From Squalus acanthias (lineage: Eukaryota): a DNA stretch of 64,000 bases. The position numbers and the translations under genes are program-made. The notes beneath the pieces are model-generated. The model searched no databases, was not told the DNA's origin, and was given only the letters and a program-made list of their open reading frames with translations. The DNA is taken from NCBI GenBank assembly GCA_030390025.1, contig CM059432.1:33482001-33546000 (forward strand). Reading direction: 5' to 3'. Below, one piece after another: positions 49,405 through 61,951 of this stretch (positions within the stretch are counted from its first letter, which is position 1; each line of letters opens with the position of its first letter).

Positions 49405-50045
49405 ATATTATAGAGAATAGCAGACCCTGTGTATATTATAGAGAATAACAGACCCTGTATATATTATAGAGAATAGCAGACCCTGTGTATATTATAGAGA
49501 ATAACAGACCCTGTATATATTATAGAGAATAGCAGACTCTGTATATATTATAGAGAATAGCAGACTCTGTATATATTATAGAGAATAGCAGACCCTGTAT
49601 ATATTATAGAGAATAGCAGACTCTGTATATATTATAGAGAATAGCAGACCCTGTGTATATTATAGAGAATAGCAGACCCTGTATATATTATAGAGAATAG
49701 CAGACCCTGTATATATTATAGAGAATAGCAGACCCTGTGTATATTATAGAGAATAGCAGACCCTGTATATATTATAGAGAATAACAGACCCTATATATAT
49801 TATAGAGAATAGCAGACCCTGTATATATTATAGAGAATAGCAGACCCTGCATATATTATAGGAAATAGCAGACTCTGTATATATTATAGAGAATAGCAGA
49901 CCCTGCATATATTATAGGAAATAGCAGACCCTGTATATATTATAGAGAATAGCAGACCCTGCATATATTATAGGAAATAGCAGACCCTGTATATATTATA
50001 GAGAATAGCATATCCTGTATATATTATTGAGAATAACAGATTCTG
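49405..50045 (+). repeat. 28-bp minisatellite, ~23 copies
   Basis: TATATTATAGAGAATAGCAGACCCTGTA. Confidence 0.97.
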
Positions 50046-50094
50046 TGAATACTATAGGGAATTGCATTTTCTGTTTATTATTGTGTATCAGAAC

Positions 50095-50610
50095 TCATAA
50101 GAACATAGGAACTGGAGTTCTGCCTCTTGAGTCTGTTCCATCATTCAATTAGATCGTGGCTCATTTGTACCTCAACTGCGTTTACCCGCCTTACTCCATA
50201 TTCCTTGATACCGTTACCCAACAAAAATCTATCAATCTCAGTCTTGAAAATTTCAGTTGACTCAACATTCACAGCCTTTTGGGGGAGTGTAAAAGTGCCT
50301 TTGTGTGAAAAAGTGCTTCCTGATTTCACTCCTAAATTGCCTGGCTCTAATTTTAAGATTATGTCTCCTTGTTTTGAAATCCCCACCAGAGGAAATAGTT
50401 TCTCTATATCTACCCTATCGAATTGCTTTATTCTTTTAAACACCTTGATTAGATTACCCCCTCAACCATCTAAACACAAGGGAATGCAAGCCAAGTTTAT
50501 GCTTGTTGTCATAATTTAACCCTTTAAGCCTTGGTATTCTGGGGAATCTGCACTGTACCCCCTCCAAGGGGTATCTTTCCTGAGGTACGGTGTCCAAATC
50601 TGAATGCATT
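50095..50610 (-). mobile_element. CR1 3' fragment
   Basis: FDRVDIEKLFPLVG..FKTEIDRFL motif. Confidence 0.8.
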
Positions 50611-51194
50611 CCCTGTATATTATACTATAAAGGTCGACCATCTGTATTTTTCTTTAATGGCTTTGGGTGTTTCCAGGCCTGCAGCGTGCCTCTGTCAGAT
50701 GTGGGTTACAGCTCAAGCTCCATAGTGTGTCTTCCTGGCTGTGTGTTTTTCAGTATGCAGTGTTTTCCCCTGCTGCGAGTCAGTAATGTACTGCAGGCTG
50801 TTGGCTGGTGTCCCTGCTCTCTAGTTATTTCATGACTTCACTCCCAGCCTGGGGATGCATTGCACACACTCCAGCTGCTGATGTGTCACACTGGGACACA
50901 CACGTTCACTCACAAGGCAAATCCCACAGCCCTCCTGCAGTAGCCTCTGGTAATTCTCACAGAAGCAGCAGCAGCGATAGAAATTTTACGCTAAGTGCGA
51001 ACTTCTCCACTCATCTGACTCAAGTGTGTTAATCAACCACACAATGTGGAACTGAACTAACCTGATTTGTGCTGAACCTGTTGATCTTAGCCAAGGTGCC
51101 AATAGGATATCCGCAACCTACCTCACGGCCCCAGGGTTAGAGAGGGGACACTCCCCAATATCCTTGCCCATCCATGCATTTCTCTGATGATGTA

Positions 51195-51820
51195 AGAAAG
51201 AATGACTTGCATTTATATAGCGCCTTTCATGACCTCAAGATGTCCCAAAGTGCTTGACAGAAAATGAATTACATTGGAAGTATAGTCACTGTTGTAATGT
51301 AGGGAAACACGGCAACCAATTTGGGCGCAACATTGTCCACAAACAGCAATGTGATAATGACCAGATAATCTGTTTTTATAGTGATGTTGGTTGAGAGATA
51401 AATATTCATAGAATCATACAGCACAGAAGGAGGCCATTAAGCCCATCGTGCCTGTGCCGCCTCTTTGAAAGAGCAATCCAATTAGTCCCACTTCCCTGCT
51501 CTTTACCCATAGCCCTGCAAATTTTTCCTTTTCAAGTATAGATCCAATTCCCTTTTAAAAGTTACTATTGAATCTGCTTCCACCACCCTTTCAGGCGGCG
51601 CATTCCAGCTCGTAACAACTTGCTGTGTAAAACATTTCTTCTCATCTCCTTCCTGCTTCTTTTGCCAATCATCTTAATTCTGTGCCCTCTGTTGATCGAT
51701 GTTCTTGCCAGTGGAAACAATTTCTTCCTATCTACACTACCCCTCATAATTTTGAACACCTCTATTAAATCTCTCCTTAAACTTCTCTGCTCTAAAGAGA
51801 ACAACCCCAGGTTCTCTTGT
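51195..51820 (-). mobile_element. DeuSINE 3' part (51195-51407) joined to a CR1 3' fragment (51408-51820)
   Basis: SINE tail followed by LGLFSLEQRSLRRDLIEVFKIMRG. Confidence 0.8.
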
Positions 51821-52194
51821 CTATTTATGGGGCAGTTGGCAAAGTTACATAGGTGCTGTGGGAGAACATCCCCTGGCCCCACGCCCCACCTCTCCTTCCC
51901 CCCCACCCCCGAGGAAAGTTGCCCACCGTCCTCTTTTAACATTGCAAACATTCAAACTTAAGTGTGGAAAAATTTGCATGCCGTCCAATGGAGTGTCTGG
52001 GAACTTCTTAAACTTGATTCTACCCCAGAATGGAGTTATACTGTACCTGGCAGCTGGTTTCACACTTCTTGGCTTTAGTCTGTTATATTTCCTGTCCAGT
52101 GACCCCGCTGCTGATTTCTATTCAGTGACCCCTGCTATCAATCTCTATCCATTGTCCGTTACTCCCAGTCTGTTAACCTGACCCCATAGTTAAA

Positions 52195-52680
52195 GAGTCA
52201 CAGAAAATTCAGCACACAAGGAGGCCATTTAGCCCATCATGCCATTTCCCTGCCCTTTCACTTTCCTTTAAAAACCTATTATGGATTCTGCTTCAACCAT
52301 TGGTTCTGGTAAGGCATTCCATGTCTTAACAACTCCTCATAAATTTGAACGCCTCTATTAAATCTCCCCCTAACCTTCTCTGCTCTAAGGAGAACAATCC
52401 CAGCTTCTCCAGTCTCTCCACATAACTGAAGTCCCTCATCCCTGGTATCATTCTAGTAAATTTCCTCTGCACCCTCTCCAAGGCCTTGACATCCTTCCTA
52501 AAGTGCTGTCCAGAATTGGACATAATACTCCAGCTGAGGCCTAACCAGTGGTTTATAAAGATTTAGCATAACTTCATTGCTTTTGTACTTTATTTCTTAA
52601 TTTATAAAGTCAAGAATGCCGTATGCTTTTCTATCAACCTTGTCAACTTGTCCAGCCACCTTCAAAGATTTGTGTATGCT
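52195..52680 (-). mobile_element. CR1 3' fragment with deletions
   Basis: ORF 52326-52523. Confidence 0.8.
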
Positions 52681-53711
52681 ATTAATTAATATTGCACTAT
52701 TAAATCATGCATTCTCCATGCCAACAGGGAAACTGGGACTCTGTGCCAGTTTCCCTGCATCTTCATTGTTCCTAGTTACCAGACACAATAAGCACTGACC
52801 ATATAATCTAGGCAAAAGCGAAAGCCAGCCCTAACCGACATCTGAAAACACTTCTCTCCCAATTAGTGACCCTGGACGTTCTGCTGATATGACGACATTC
52901 CCAATTATTTCCAGAAGGCAATGTCTTTCTTTTTCTCTCTCTTTCCTTCGCTAAGAACTCGCCCCCGGGGTCTCACATTACCAAAAGAAAAATACACTGA
53001 CATCCATCAAAAGCCATGAAACAAGTGTTATGATCCGATTCTTAAACACACAAACGCACTTTGGCGAATTTTACATCTGCCCTCGTGAGAAACTGCAAAC
53101 ACAACCGCAGCCTTCGAGAAACAAGTCCGTTGCTAATTAAAAAGGATTAAGGAAAGGACAGCTCCAGGCAAAAATACAGCTTGGCCCCGTGTTAGAGAAT
53201 AATCTATTTCACCATTAAGGGGCCATGTTTTCTTCTGCTTAATAATTTTAGTCAAAAAATGGAAGTGAGTGAAAGGGAGTGTGATTTCAGCAAACATTAC
53301 AGGCTGTTAGTTTGTGTTTAGTTCTGTCGTTTCACTCTTCCTTAAAAGGTTTAATGAAGATCGGCAAAAAGTGAGAAAAATAAAACTTTTTATTTTGCTC
53401 ATTAAGGAATTGTTAATGCAGCATTTTTGTAGCTGCACGATCAAACCAAGAAGTGAGCCTTTTAATCATTAAGGGAGGGAAAGATTTTGAAGTTCATCAC
53501 AGTAGTGACTGGTACAAAGGATTTTATTTTTCCCCAAACCCAGGTGTAGGGCTCATTGGTGGGTACGTCGCAGTGGAACAGGAGGAGAGGGTGTCTCTGG
53601 AATGCAGTGACATTCAGCAGTTTCTGCCTCAGGTAGTGTGAGCAACAGCGTGAGCCACCAGGATAGTTCAGAGGAGCAATGTACGAGGAAGCTTGGACTC
53701 ACCAGGGAGTG

Positions 53712-54103
53712 CACGAGTCAGAATGTCATGGGTTCAAGTCCCACTCTAGAGTCTTGAGCACAAAATCTAGGCTGACACTCCAGTGCAATATTGAGGGAGT
53801 GCTGCACTGTCGGAGGTGCCATCTTTTCAATGAGAATTTAAACCGGGGGCCCATCTGCCCTCTCAAATGGACGTGTAAGGTCCCATTGCACTATTTTAAA
53901 GAAGAGTTCTGGCCAATATTTATCCCTCAAGCAACATCACTAAAACAGATTATCTGGTTATTACCATATTGCTGTTTGTGGGACCTTGCTGTGCGCAAAT
54001 TGGCTGCTGCATTTCCTACATTACAACAGTGACTACACTTCAAAAGTACTTAATTGGCTGTAAAGCGCTTTGGGATGTCCTGAGGTCATGAAAGGTGCTA
54101 TAT
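53712..54103 (+). mobile_element. DeuSINE family A
   Basis: Head remnant, Deu core, tail. Confidence 0.83.
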
Positions 54104-54104
54104 A

Positions 54105-54519
54105 AAAATAAATGAAAAAGCAAATTATTATTTAAATGATGAGAGACTACATAATGCTGCAGTACAGAGGGATCTGGGGGTCCTTGTACATGAAACACAA
54201 AAAGTTAGCATGCAGGTACAGCAAGTAATTAGGAAGGCAAATGAATATTGGCCTTTATTGCAAGGGCGATGGAGTATAAAAGTAGGGAAGTCTTGCTACA
54301 ACTGTACAGGGCGCTGGTGAGACCATACCTGGAGTACTGCGTACAGTTTTGGTCTCCTTATTTAAGGAGGGATATACTTGCATTGGAGGCAGTTCAGAGA
54401 AGGTTCACTAGATTACTTCCTGAGATGAAGGGGTTGCCTTATGAAGAAAGGTTGAGCAGGTTGGGCCTATATTCATTGGCGGGCGTTTAGAAGAATGAGA
54501 GGTGATCTTATTGAAACAT
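54105..54519 (+). mobile_element. CR1 ORF2 fragment
   Basis: ORF 54248-54490. Confidence 0.85.
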
Positions 54520-54840
54520 ATCACCTCTTACAGAAGGTGGGTACTGCAGGGAATTCAGGGCCAGAGTGATCTCCTGGATTAGTTTCGATCACCTAGATGA
54601 GTCGGAGAGCAATGTCCCAGATTTTTTCCCCAAATTGGTGTGGGTTTTTACCTGTTTTTTTGCCTCTCCCAGGAAACATGTGTTCTCCTGGGAGAGGCAA
54701 AAAAACAGATAAAAACCCACACCAATTTGGGGAAAAAATCTGGGACATTGCTCTCCGACTCATCTAGGTGATCGAAACTAATCCAGGAGATCACTCTGGC
54801 CCTGAATTCCCTGCAGTACCCACCTTCTGTAAGAGGTGAT
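54520..54840. repeat. 321-bp near-perfect palindrome of CR1 3'UTR-like sequence
   Basis: 155-bp arms 54520-54674 and 54686-54840, one mismatch seen, 11-nt spacer. Confidence 0.97.
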
Positions 54841-55029
54841 CTCCGCCCAGCCAGAAACAGGCTCAGCTCTTGCTTGAAATGATGAGTTCATATAGATTAG
54901 ATGTGCAGAAAGAATGAATAAACTTGCAGAGTGGGTGTGTAATTGTCAAATGAACTTCAATATAGATTAGTGTGAGGTGGTACATTTTGGTAGGAAGAAT
55001 AAGGAGGCTGCATACTCCTTGGAAAACAA

Positions 55030-55637
55030 GGGGGGAAAATTGGCTCACGCCCCCTTTGGGGCGATTACTTCGCTGGGGTGTTACTTTTCGCGCCCCAAAA
55101 AAGTTAGAGCCCACGCGCCCGAAATTCATGGGGCGCTACTGGAAGCGCTCCCCCTCCCTCTTTTGCGGCGCTACATGCAGCAGCGCCATGCGCGCCGGCA
55201 CGTAGCGCCACGGTACTGCAGGCCTCCCTCCCCTGATTAAAGGGGAGGGGCCTAGCGCAGTGCACACCGGGGCCCTGCTGGACCACCGGGGAGTGGGGAG
55301 CCGGCAAAAGAGCCCGGTACTCAAGAGGAGTGTCGGGCTGCCCGATCGCGGCCGGCATCCCGCAGGAGGAGGCCAGAGGGGGGCAGGTGCTGGCAGGTGG
55401 CCCAAAAAAAAATGGCTGCCCGGCGCCTGCCCTTTAATTATCGCCGCCCCGGCCGCAAAAATGCCACCCATACCCTGTCGGATATAGCGTCCGGCGGTAG
55501 GTCAGGGGCGCGAGCCGAGTTTGCCGCTGTGGTGCTGAATTTCGCGGGAGGCGTTAGTGGCGCCGCACCCGGGTGCTAGTTGCTTTATGTCCCGTTACCA
55601 CTAACGGGAGGTGCAAAGCAATTGAATTTTACTCTCC
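55030..55637. mobile_element. PIF/Harbinger-type MITE related to 4157-5049
   Basis: Starts GGGGGGAAAATTGGCTCACGCCCCCTTTGGGGCG (cf. 4157); imperfect right TIR; TSD CAA (55027-55029, 55638-55640); removal restores GAA AAC AAA TGT. Confidence 0.8.
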
Positions 55638-55751
55638 CAAATGTCTAAATGGGGTAGAGCAACAGCGGGATCTGGAGGTACAGATACACAAATCACTAAA
55701 AGTAGTGACACAGGTTAATAAGGCCATTAAAAAAAAAGCAAACAAAACACT

Positions 55752-58700
55752 GTTAAGGGCAGAGAAGGGGAAGAATTTCTGGTGTGTTCAGGAGAACTTT
55801 CTTGATCAGTATGTTTCCGACTCGACGAGGAGGGAGGCATTGCTGGATCTGGTTCTGAGGAATGAGGTAGGTCAAGTGGAGCAAGTGTCAGTAGGTGAAC
55901 ATTTAGGGAACAGTGATCATAGTATCATAAGGATTAGATTAGCTATGGAAAAGGACAGGGAGCAATCTAGAGTAAAAATGTTTAACTGGGGAAGGCCAAT
56001 TTTCAGTGGGATGAGAACAGATCTGGCCCAGGTAAACTGGAATCAAAGATTGGCAGGCAAAACTGTAATGGAACAACGGACTGCCTTTAAAGAGGAAATA
56101 GTTCAGGTACAGTTGAGGTACATTCCCACTAGGGGGAAAGGTAGGGCAACTAAAGTTAGGGCTCCCTGAATGACGAAAGAGATAGAGAATATGATGAAGC
56201 AGAAAAAGGGCGCGTATGACAGATGTCAGGTTGCAAATACATCTGAGAATCAGGCTATATATAGAAAGGTCAGAGGAGAAGTGAAAAAGAAAATAAGAGG
56301 GGCAAAGGGAGGGGATGAGAATAGAATGGCAGCCAACATAAAAGGTAATCCAAAAGTCTTCTATAGGCATATAAATAGTAAACGGGTAGTAAGAGGATGG
56401 GTGGGGCCGATTAGGGACCAAAAAGGAAACCTATGCATGGAGGCAGAGGGTATGGCTGAGGTACTAAACGAGTACTTTGCATCTGTCTTCACCAAGGAAG
56501 AGGATGCTGCCATAGACATAGTAAAGGAGGAGGTAGTGGAGACACTTGATAGGATAAAAATTGATAAAGTGGAGGTATTAGAAAGGCTGGCTGTACTTAA
56601 AGTAGATAAATCACCAGGAGCAGATGGGATGCATCCTAGGATGTTGAGGGAATTGAGGGAGGAAATTGTGGAGGTACTGGCCATAATATTCCAATCCTCC
56701 TTAGATATGGGTGTGGTGCCAGAGGACTGGAGAATTGCAAATATTACACCAGTGTTCAAAAAAGGGGTGTAAAGATAAACCCAGCAACTACAGGCCAGTC
56801 AGTTTAACCTCAGTAGTGGGGAAGCTTTTAGAAACAGTAATCAGGGACAAAATTAACAGTCACTTGGACAAGTGTGGATTAATTAAGGAAAGCCAGCACA
56901 GATTTGTTAAAGACAAATCGTGTTTAACTAACTTGATTGAGTTGTTTGATGAGGTAACAGAGAGGGTTGATGAGGGCAATGCGATTGACATGGTGTTCAT
57001 GGATTTCCAAAAGGCGTTCGACAAAGTGCCACATAATAGGCTTGCCAGCAAAGTTGAAGCCCATGGAATAAAAGGGACAGTGTCAGCATGGATATAGAAT
57101 TGGCTAAGTGATAGGAAATAAAGAATAGTAGTGAACGGTTGTTTTTCGGACTGGAGGAAGGTATACAGTGGTGTTCCCCAGGTGTCAGTTCTAGGTCCAC
57201 TGCTTTTCTTGATATATATTAATGACTTGGACGTGGGTGTACAGGGCACAATTTCAAAATTTGCAGATGACACAAAACTTGGAAGTATAGTGAATAGTGA
57301 GGAGGAGAGTGATAGACTTCAGGAAGACATAGACAGGCTGGTGGAATGGGCAGACACGTGGCAGATGAAATTTAATGCAGAAAAGTGTGAAGTGATACAT
57401 TTTGGTAGAAAGAATGAGAGAGGACATATAAATTAAATGGTACAATCCTGAAGGGGGTGCACGAACAGGGAGACCTGGGGGTATGTGTGCACAAATCGTT
57501 GAAGGTGGCAGGGCAGGTTGAGAAAGCAGTTAAAAAGGCTTACGGGATTCTGGGCTTCATAAATAGAGGTATAGGGGGCGATTTTGCCAGCCCTGGGGAC
57601 GTGGGTATGGAGGCGGGTCTGCCAGGAAAATGGCAGAATTTGGGGGTGGGTGCCCAACCCGCCCCCAACCCGCCTCCATGCCATCTTCCTAGGAGGCGGG
57701 TAGCCATCCCGCGCTGGGTCCCGTCTCCTTGGAGGCGGGAAGGGATTAAAGCCTATTAACTGCCTGTTAACAGGTAGTTAATAGGCAGAAAATAGGATTA
57801 TCCACTTTTTGCCCTCACAAGTGCGGGCTTCCCGAAGGCTCCGAAACCCCCCAGGTCACCGAGGCGAGTAGGGTGTCTGCGGGGGTCGGGGGCGTGCAAA
57901 AGTGTGCGGTGAAGGTAAGTGATGGGTGCAAGAGTGGAGAGGTGAGTATCTGAGGTAAGTGGAAAGTGTTTTTAAAAGTGTACTTACCTTTGTTTCTTCC
58001 TGCAGGCTTCAGTCGGGTTGTATGCGGAGAGTCTTGGACCTCCGCGTTGGGAATGACAGATGGCCGTTGCATTCACAGATGCAACAACCATCTCATTTCT
58101 GTAACAGAAAGAAGTTTGATGGGCTCTTGTATTCAAGACGTCATCAAACTGCAGAGAATGTCACTGTTTGACAGCTTCACAGAGCTGTCAAACGATGACA
58201 ATTCACCTGTCAAAAATTTTTGACAGATGAAACATCATACGTTGACATGCTCAGCAACCGGCTTTCCCTTAATTGGCCTGCTAAGTCCGCTGGGTGGGCT
58301 TAACCAGGTAATTCAAGGGAAAATAGCGTGGGTTGGCCAGAAGTTGTTGGAGGCGGGACTGAAACCCGACAAGTGGGAGTCCCGCCTCCAAAAGCTCCCC
58401 ATTGGCAAAATCACCCCCATAGAGTACAAAAGTGTGGAAATTATGATGAACCTGTATAAAACACTGGTTCGGCCCCAACTGGAGTACTGTGTCCAATTCT
58501 GGGCACCACACTTTAGGAAGGATGTGAAGGCCTTAGAGAGGGTGCAGAAAAGATTTATGAGAATGTTTCCAGGAATAAGGGACTTCAGTTATGTTGATAG
58601 ACTGGAGAAGCTGGGGTTGTTCTCCTTGGAGCAGAGAAGATTGAGAGGAAATTTGATAGAGGTGTTCAAAATCATGAGGGGCTGAACAGAGTAGATAGAG

Positions 58701-59031
58701 GGAAACTGTTCCCATTGGCGGAAGGGTCGAGAACCAGAGGACACAGATTTAAGGTGATTGGCAAAAGAACCAAAGGCGACGTAAGAATAAACTTTTTTAC
58801 GCAGCGAGTGGTTAAGATCTGGAATGCACTGCTTGAAAGGGTGGTGGGGGCAGATTCAATCACAGCTTTCAAAAGTGAGTTGGATAAGTATCTGAAGGAA
58901 ATAAATTTGCAGGGCTACAGGGAAAGGGCAGGGGAGTGGGACTAGCTGAAGTGCTCTTGCAGAGAGCCGGCATGGGCTCGACGGGCTGAATGGCCTTCTT
59001 CCATGCTGTAACCATTCTATGATTCTATGAT
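55752..59031 (+). mobile_element. CR1 LINE copy B, same subfamily as copy A
   Basis: ORF2 pieces 55760-57573 and 58419-58945; (TTCTATGA)n tail. Confidence 0.92.
57574..58418 (+). mobile_element. PIF/Harbinger-type MITE in CR1 copy B
   Basis: TIR GGGGGYGATTTTGCCA; TSD ATA (57571-57573, 58419-58421). Confidence 0.92.
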
Positions 59032-59574
59032 ATAGAGACACTAGAGTAGCGAAAAAAAAGATTTACTAGGATGTTACCAGAACTGAGAGGCTATACCTAT
59101 CAAGAAATTTGAACAGGCTGGGGCTCTGTTCTTTAGGAAAGAGAAGACTGAGGGATGGCCTGGTAGAGGTCTTTAAGATTATGAAAGGGTTTGATAGGGT
59201 AGACGTAGAGAAAATATTTCCACTTGTGTGGGGGTTGGGGTGGGGTGGGGAGACCAGATCTAGGGGCTATAAATATAAGAAAGTCACTAATAAATCCAGT
59301 AGGGAATTCAGGAGAAACTTCTTTACCTAGAGAGTGGTTAGAATGTGGAACTTGCTACCACAAGGAGTAGTTGAGACGACTAACATAGATGCATTTAAGG
59401 GGAAGCTAGATAAACACATGAGCTAGAAAGGAATAGAAGGATATGTTGACAGAGTTAGATGAAGTAGGGTGGGAGCCTGGGAGGAGGCTCGTCTGGAGCA
59501 TAAACACCAGTATGGACCTGTTGGGCCAAATGGCCTGTTTCTGTGCTGTAAATACTATGTAATACTATGTAACT

Positions 59575-59915
59575 TATATGGTGCCTTATCATGTCCTCAG
59601 GATGTGCAAAAGCACTTCACAAACAACAGCCCATTTGCACACAGCAAGGTCCCAGAAACTACAAACAAATGACCAGAGAATCTGCTTTTTACTGATGTTG
59701 ACCTGCCAGGTATGGTTCTAATCGTGGGCTTTTTTTTACATCCACTCGAGTAGGCAAGCTGTGTCCCAGTTGAATATCTTAATAGTATTAGGACCTCGAA
59801 CGATGCAGCACTCCCTCAGTATGGCACAGAAGTGTTAGCCTTGATTATCTACTGGTGTCCACAGTATGCTGGAACCCACAATCTTCTGAATCAGCAGTAA
59901 CACTGACCTAGCTGA
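59575..59915 (-). mobile_element. DeuSINE family A, degraded
   Basis: Residual core motifs. Confidence 0.6.
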
Positions 59916-59927
59916 TTTGGATACTCG

Positions 59928-60160
59928 AGAGTGAGTTACTGGTTGGAATCTAATAAAGGGGTTGAGATGGTGTTTATATATAGAATAACGGATACCTGGG
60001 AGTGAGTTACAGGCTGGAATCTAATCAAGGGCATCAGGTGGTTTATATATAGAATAATGGATACTTGGCAATAAGTTACAGGGTGGAATCTAATAGAGGG
60101 ATTCAGATGGTTTATATATAGAATAATGGATACCTGGGAGTGAGTTACTTGCTGGAATCT
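59928..60160 (-). repeat. 69-bp minisatellite, ~3.3 copies, same family as 8515-8850
   Basis: GAGTGAGTTAC..GGAATCTAAT..GGTTTATATATAGAATAA.. period ~69. Confidence 0.9.
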
Positions 60161-60354
60161 TTCTCTCTTTCTTTCTCCTTCTTTGGTTCGCCTCTGTTGT
60201 CCCTCATGCCTTTGTGAAGCACCCTGGAGCATTGTTGTTGTATATATCTTCCACTGCTGAGACAACACCTTATTGGCATGATGGCCTTCAATTCTTTGCC
60301 TGTTGGTTTTGAATTTAAGATTCTGCCCATATAATCACTGAGGGTAATTACAGA

Positions 60355-60552
60355 GAACTTGCTCCCCTAGAAGGCTATGGATGCCGGGCCAATTGAAATT
60401 TTCAAGACTGAGATCAATAGATTTTTGTTATGTAGGGTTATCAAGGAATATGGGTCAAAGGCGGGCAAATGTAATAGAGGTACAAATCAGCCATGATCTA
60501 ACTGAATAGCGGAACAAGCTCGGGGGTTGAATGTCCTACTCCTGTTCCTATG
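60355..60552 (+). mobile_element. CR1 3' fragment
   Basis: FKTEINRFL..GIKEYG motif plus 3'UTR. Confidence 0.75.
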
Positions 60553-61740
60553 GTGCTGCCTTTGAAAGGGTAGGTAGGGACTGAGGGGAACCTTAATGAA
60601 AGTCTGGCTTTTACGGCTTCTAATGGGGATTTAATCATTTGAAGCATGGAATGGTTGCTAGGCCTTCACTTATTCATCCAGCCTGGGAAATCATCTTAAA
60701 GGGACTATTGTGGGGAAGTAATGGCTGATTCCGCACCGCACAGCATGTTTAGATTAAGATAACATATGAAATCATTTCCATCGTATAAATCATCTCATTA
60801 TGTAGTGAAATAGTAATTTTGATATATAGGATGCTCACATTATATTTCAATGTGAAATCCTGCTTTATCATTATTTGGAGGAAGCAGATAAAGTTCTGTG
60901 GCTGCCAAGCAATTTACTTAACAGGAACAGGCCGTTATTTGAAATAAATGTGAAAACATGCCATCGAATCTTAAAAAAAACTAGTCAGCTCTCTTGTTTT
61001 TTATTTACAAGCGAATGAAGGAATATATTAGATAAGGAAATTTGCCTGGCTGTGCTATTCCAAGATTGTAGGATTTCAAAATAGACCACAAGATGGATTG
61101 TGGCTTGTTACATTGCAGTGGATGGGGTCGGAGGGTTGAGGAGGGGGCCCGGTTCCATCAAATTTTGTAGCAAGGCCTAGGTAGGCCTGATTCCCTCTGA
61201 ATAAATAATTGGAAGAGCACCCACTGCACCTGCTCTGCCAGTAGGTAGAAGCCTCACAAGGGACAGAGGGCTGCACAGGATTTGGTGTTCTGCTCTATCT
61301 CAGCTATCATTACATGCAAAGACACAGTGGAAATTTGGAGTTTGGATTTAATGGTCAACTGCTCGGTTGTCATGGGGAAACTGCTGTAAGGGGGTGGGAA
61401 GTGGCATCACCACTCAGCAACGTGTATTGCCCAGGATGTGCTTTGTGCAATGCTGTAATGTGAATGTGCTACCTTCTAGGCAACAGCTGTCACCCGCTGT
61501 TGCTGAGAGAACAAATCCTCTTTGGGCAAAAAAATAAACAGAGTAATTCTGTCACACGCGAAGCAGCTTACATCTTCACATATTTCTATTTGTTACTCAA
61601 ACTAGAGCTTGATCCAAATCGACTGATGTCATTGCTAATGAACTAGAACAGTAGACACAAGACATATGGGCCAGACATTTTTTTGGAATGTTGTTTGTTG
61701 GGGCTGGGAGATAGGATGATGGCAGCAGAGGGCCAATAGG

Positions 61741-61875
61741 AAAGTTAGGCCCAGGCCGGAGAGATGCAAAAGTTAGGCCCAGGCCGGAGAGATGCAAAAG
61801 TTAGGCCCAAGCCGGAGAGATGCAAAAGTTAGGCCCAGGCCGGAGAAAAGGAAAAGTTAAGCCCAGTCTGAGAGA
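61741..61875 (+). repeat. 28-bp tandem repeat, ~4.5 copies
   Basis: AAAAGTTAGGCCCAGGCCGGAGAGATGC; GTTAGG at 61744, 61772, 61800, 61828. Confidence 0.95.
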
Positions 61876-61951
61876 CACAAACCACAGAGTTAGACTCAGG
61901 ACTGAGAGATACAAGACTAAGAGTTGGAGCCAGGCATCAGAGAGAAACAAT

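Larger units (their letters stand above)
54890..59570 (+). mobile_element. Older CR1 fragment (54890-55029, 55638-55751, ~59040-59570) hosting a MITE and CR1 copy B
   Basis: VHFGRKNKEAAYSLEN|KCLNGVEQQRDLEV continuity; 3' part resumes after 59040. Confidence 0.7.

Noticed and set aside
49405..50045. CRISPR-like 28-bp periodicity
   Set aside because: Head-to-tail repeats without unique spacers, no cas genes, eukaryotic context
11022..59031. Large inverted segmental duplication between CR1 copies A and B
   Set aside because: Similarity stops at the element boundaries, 5' truncation points differ and flanks are unrelated; kept only as a minor alternative
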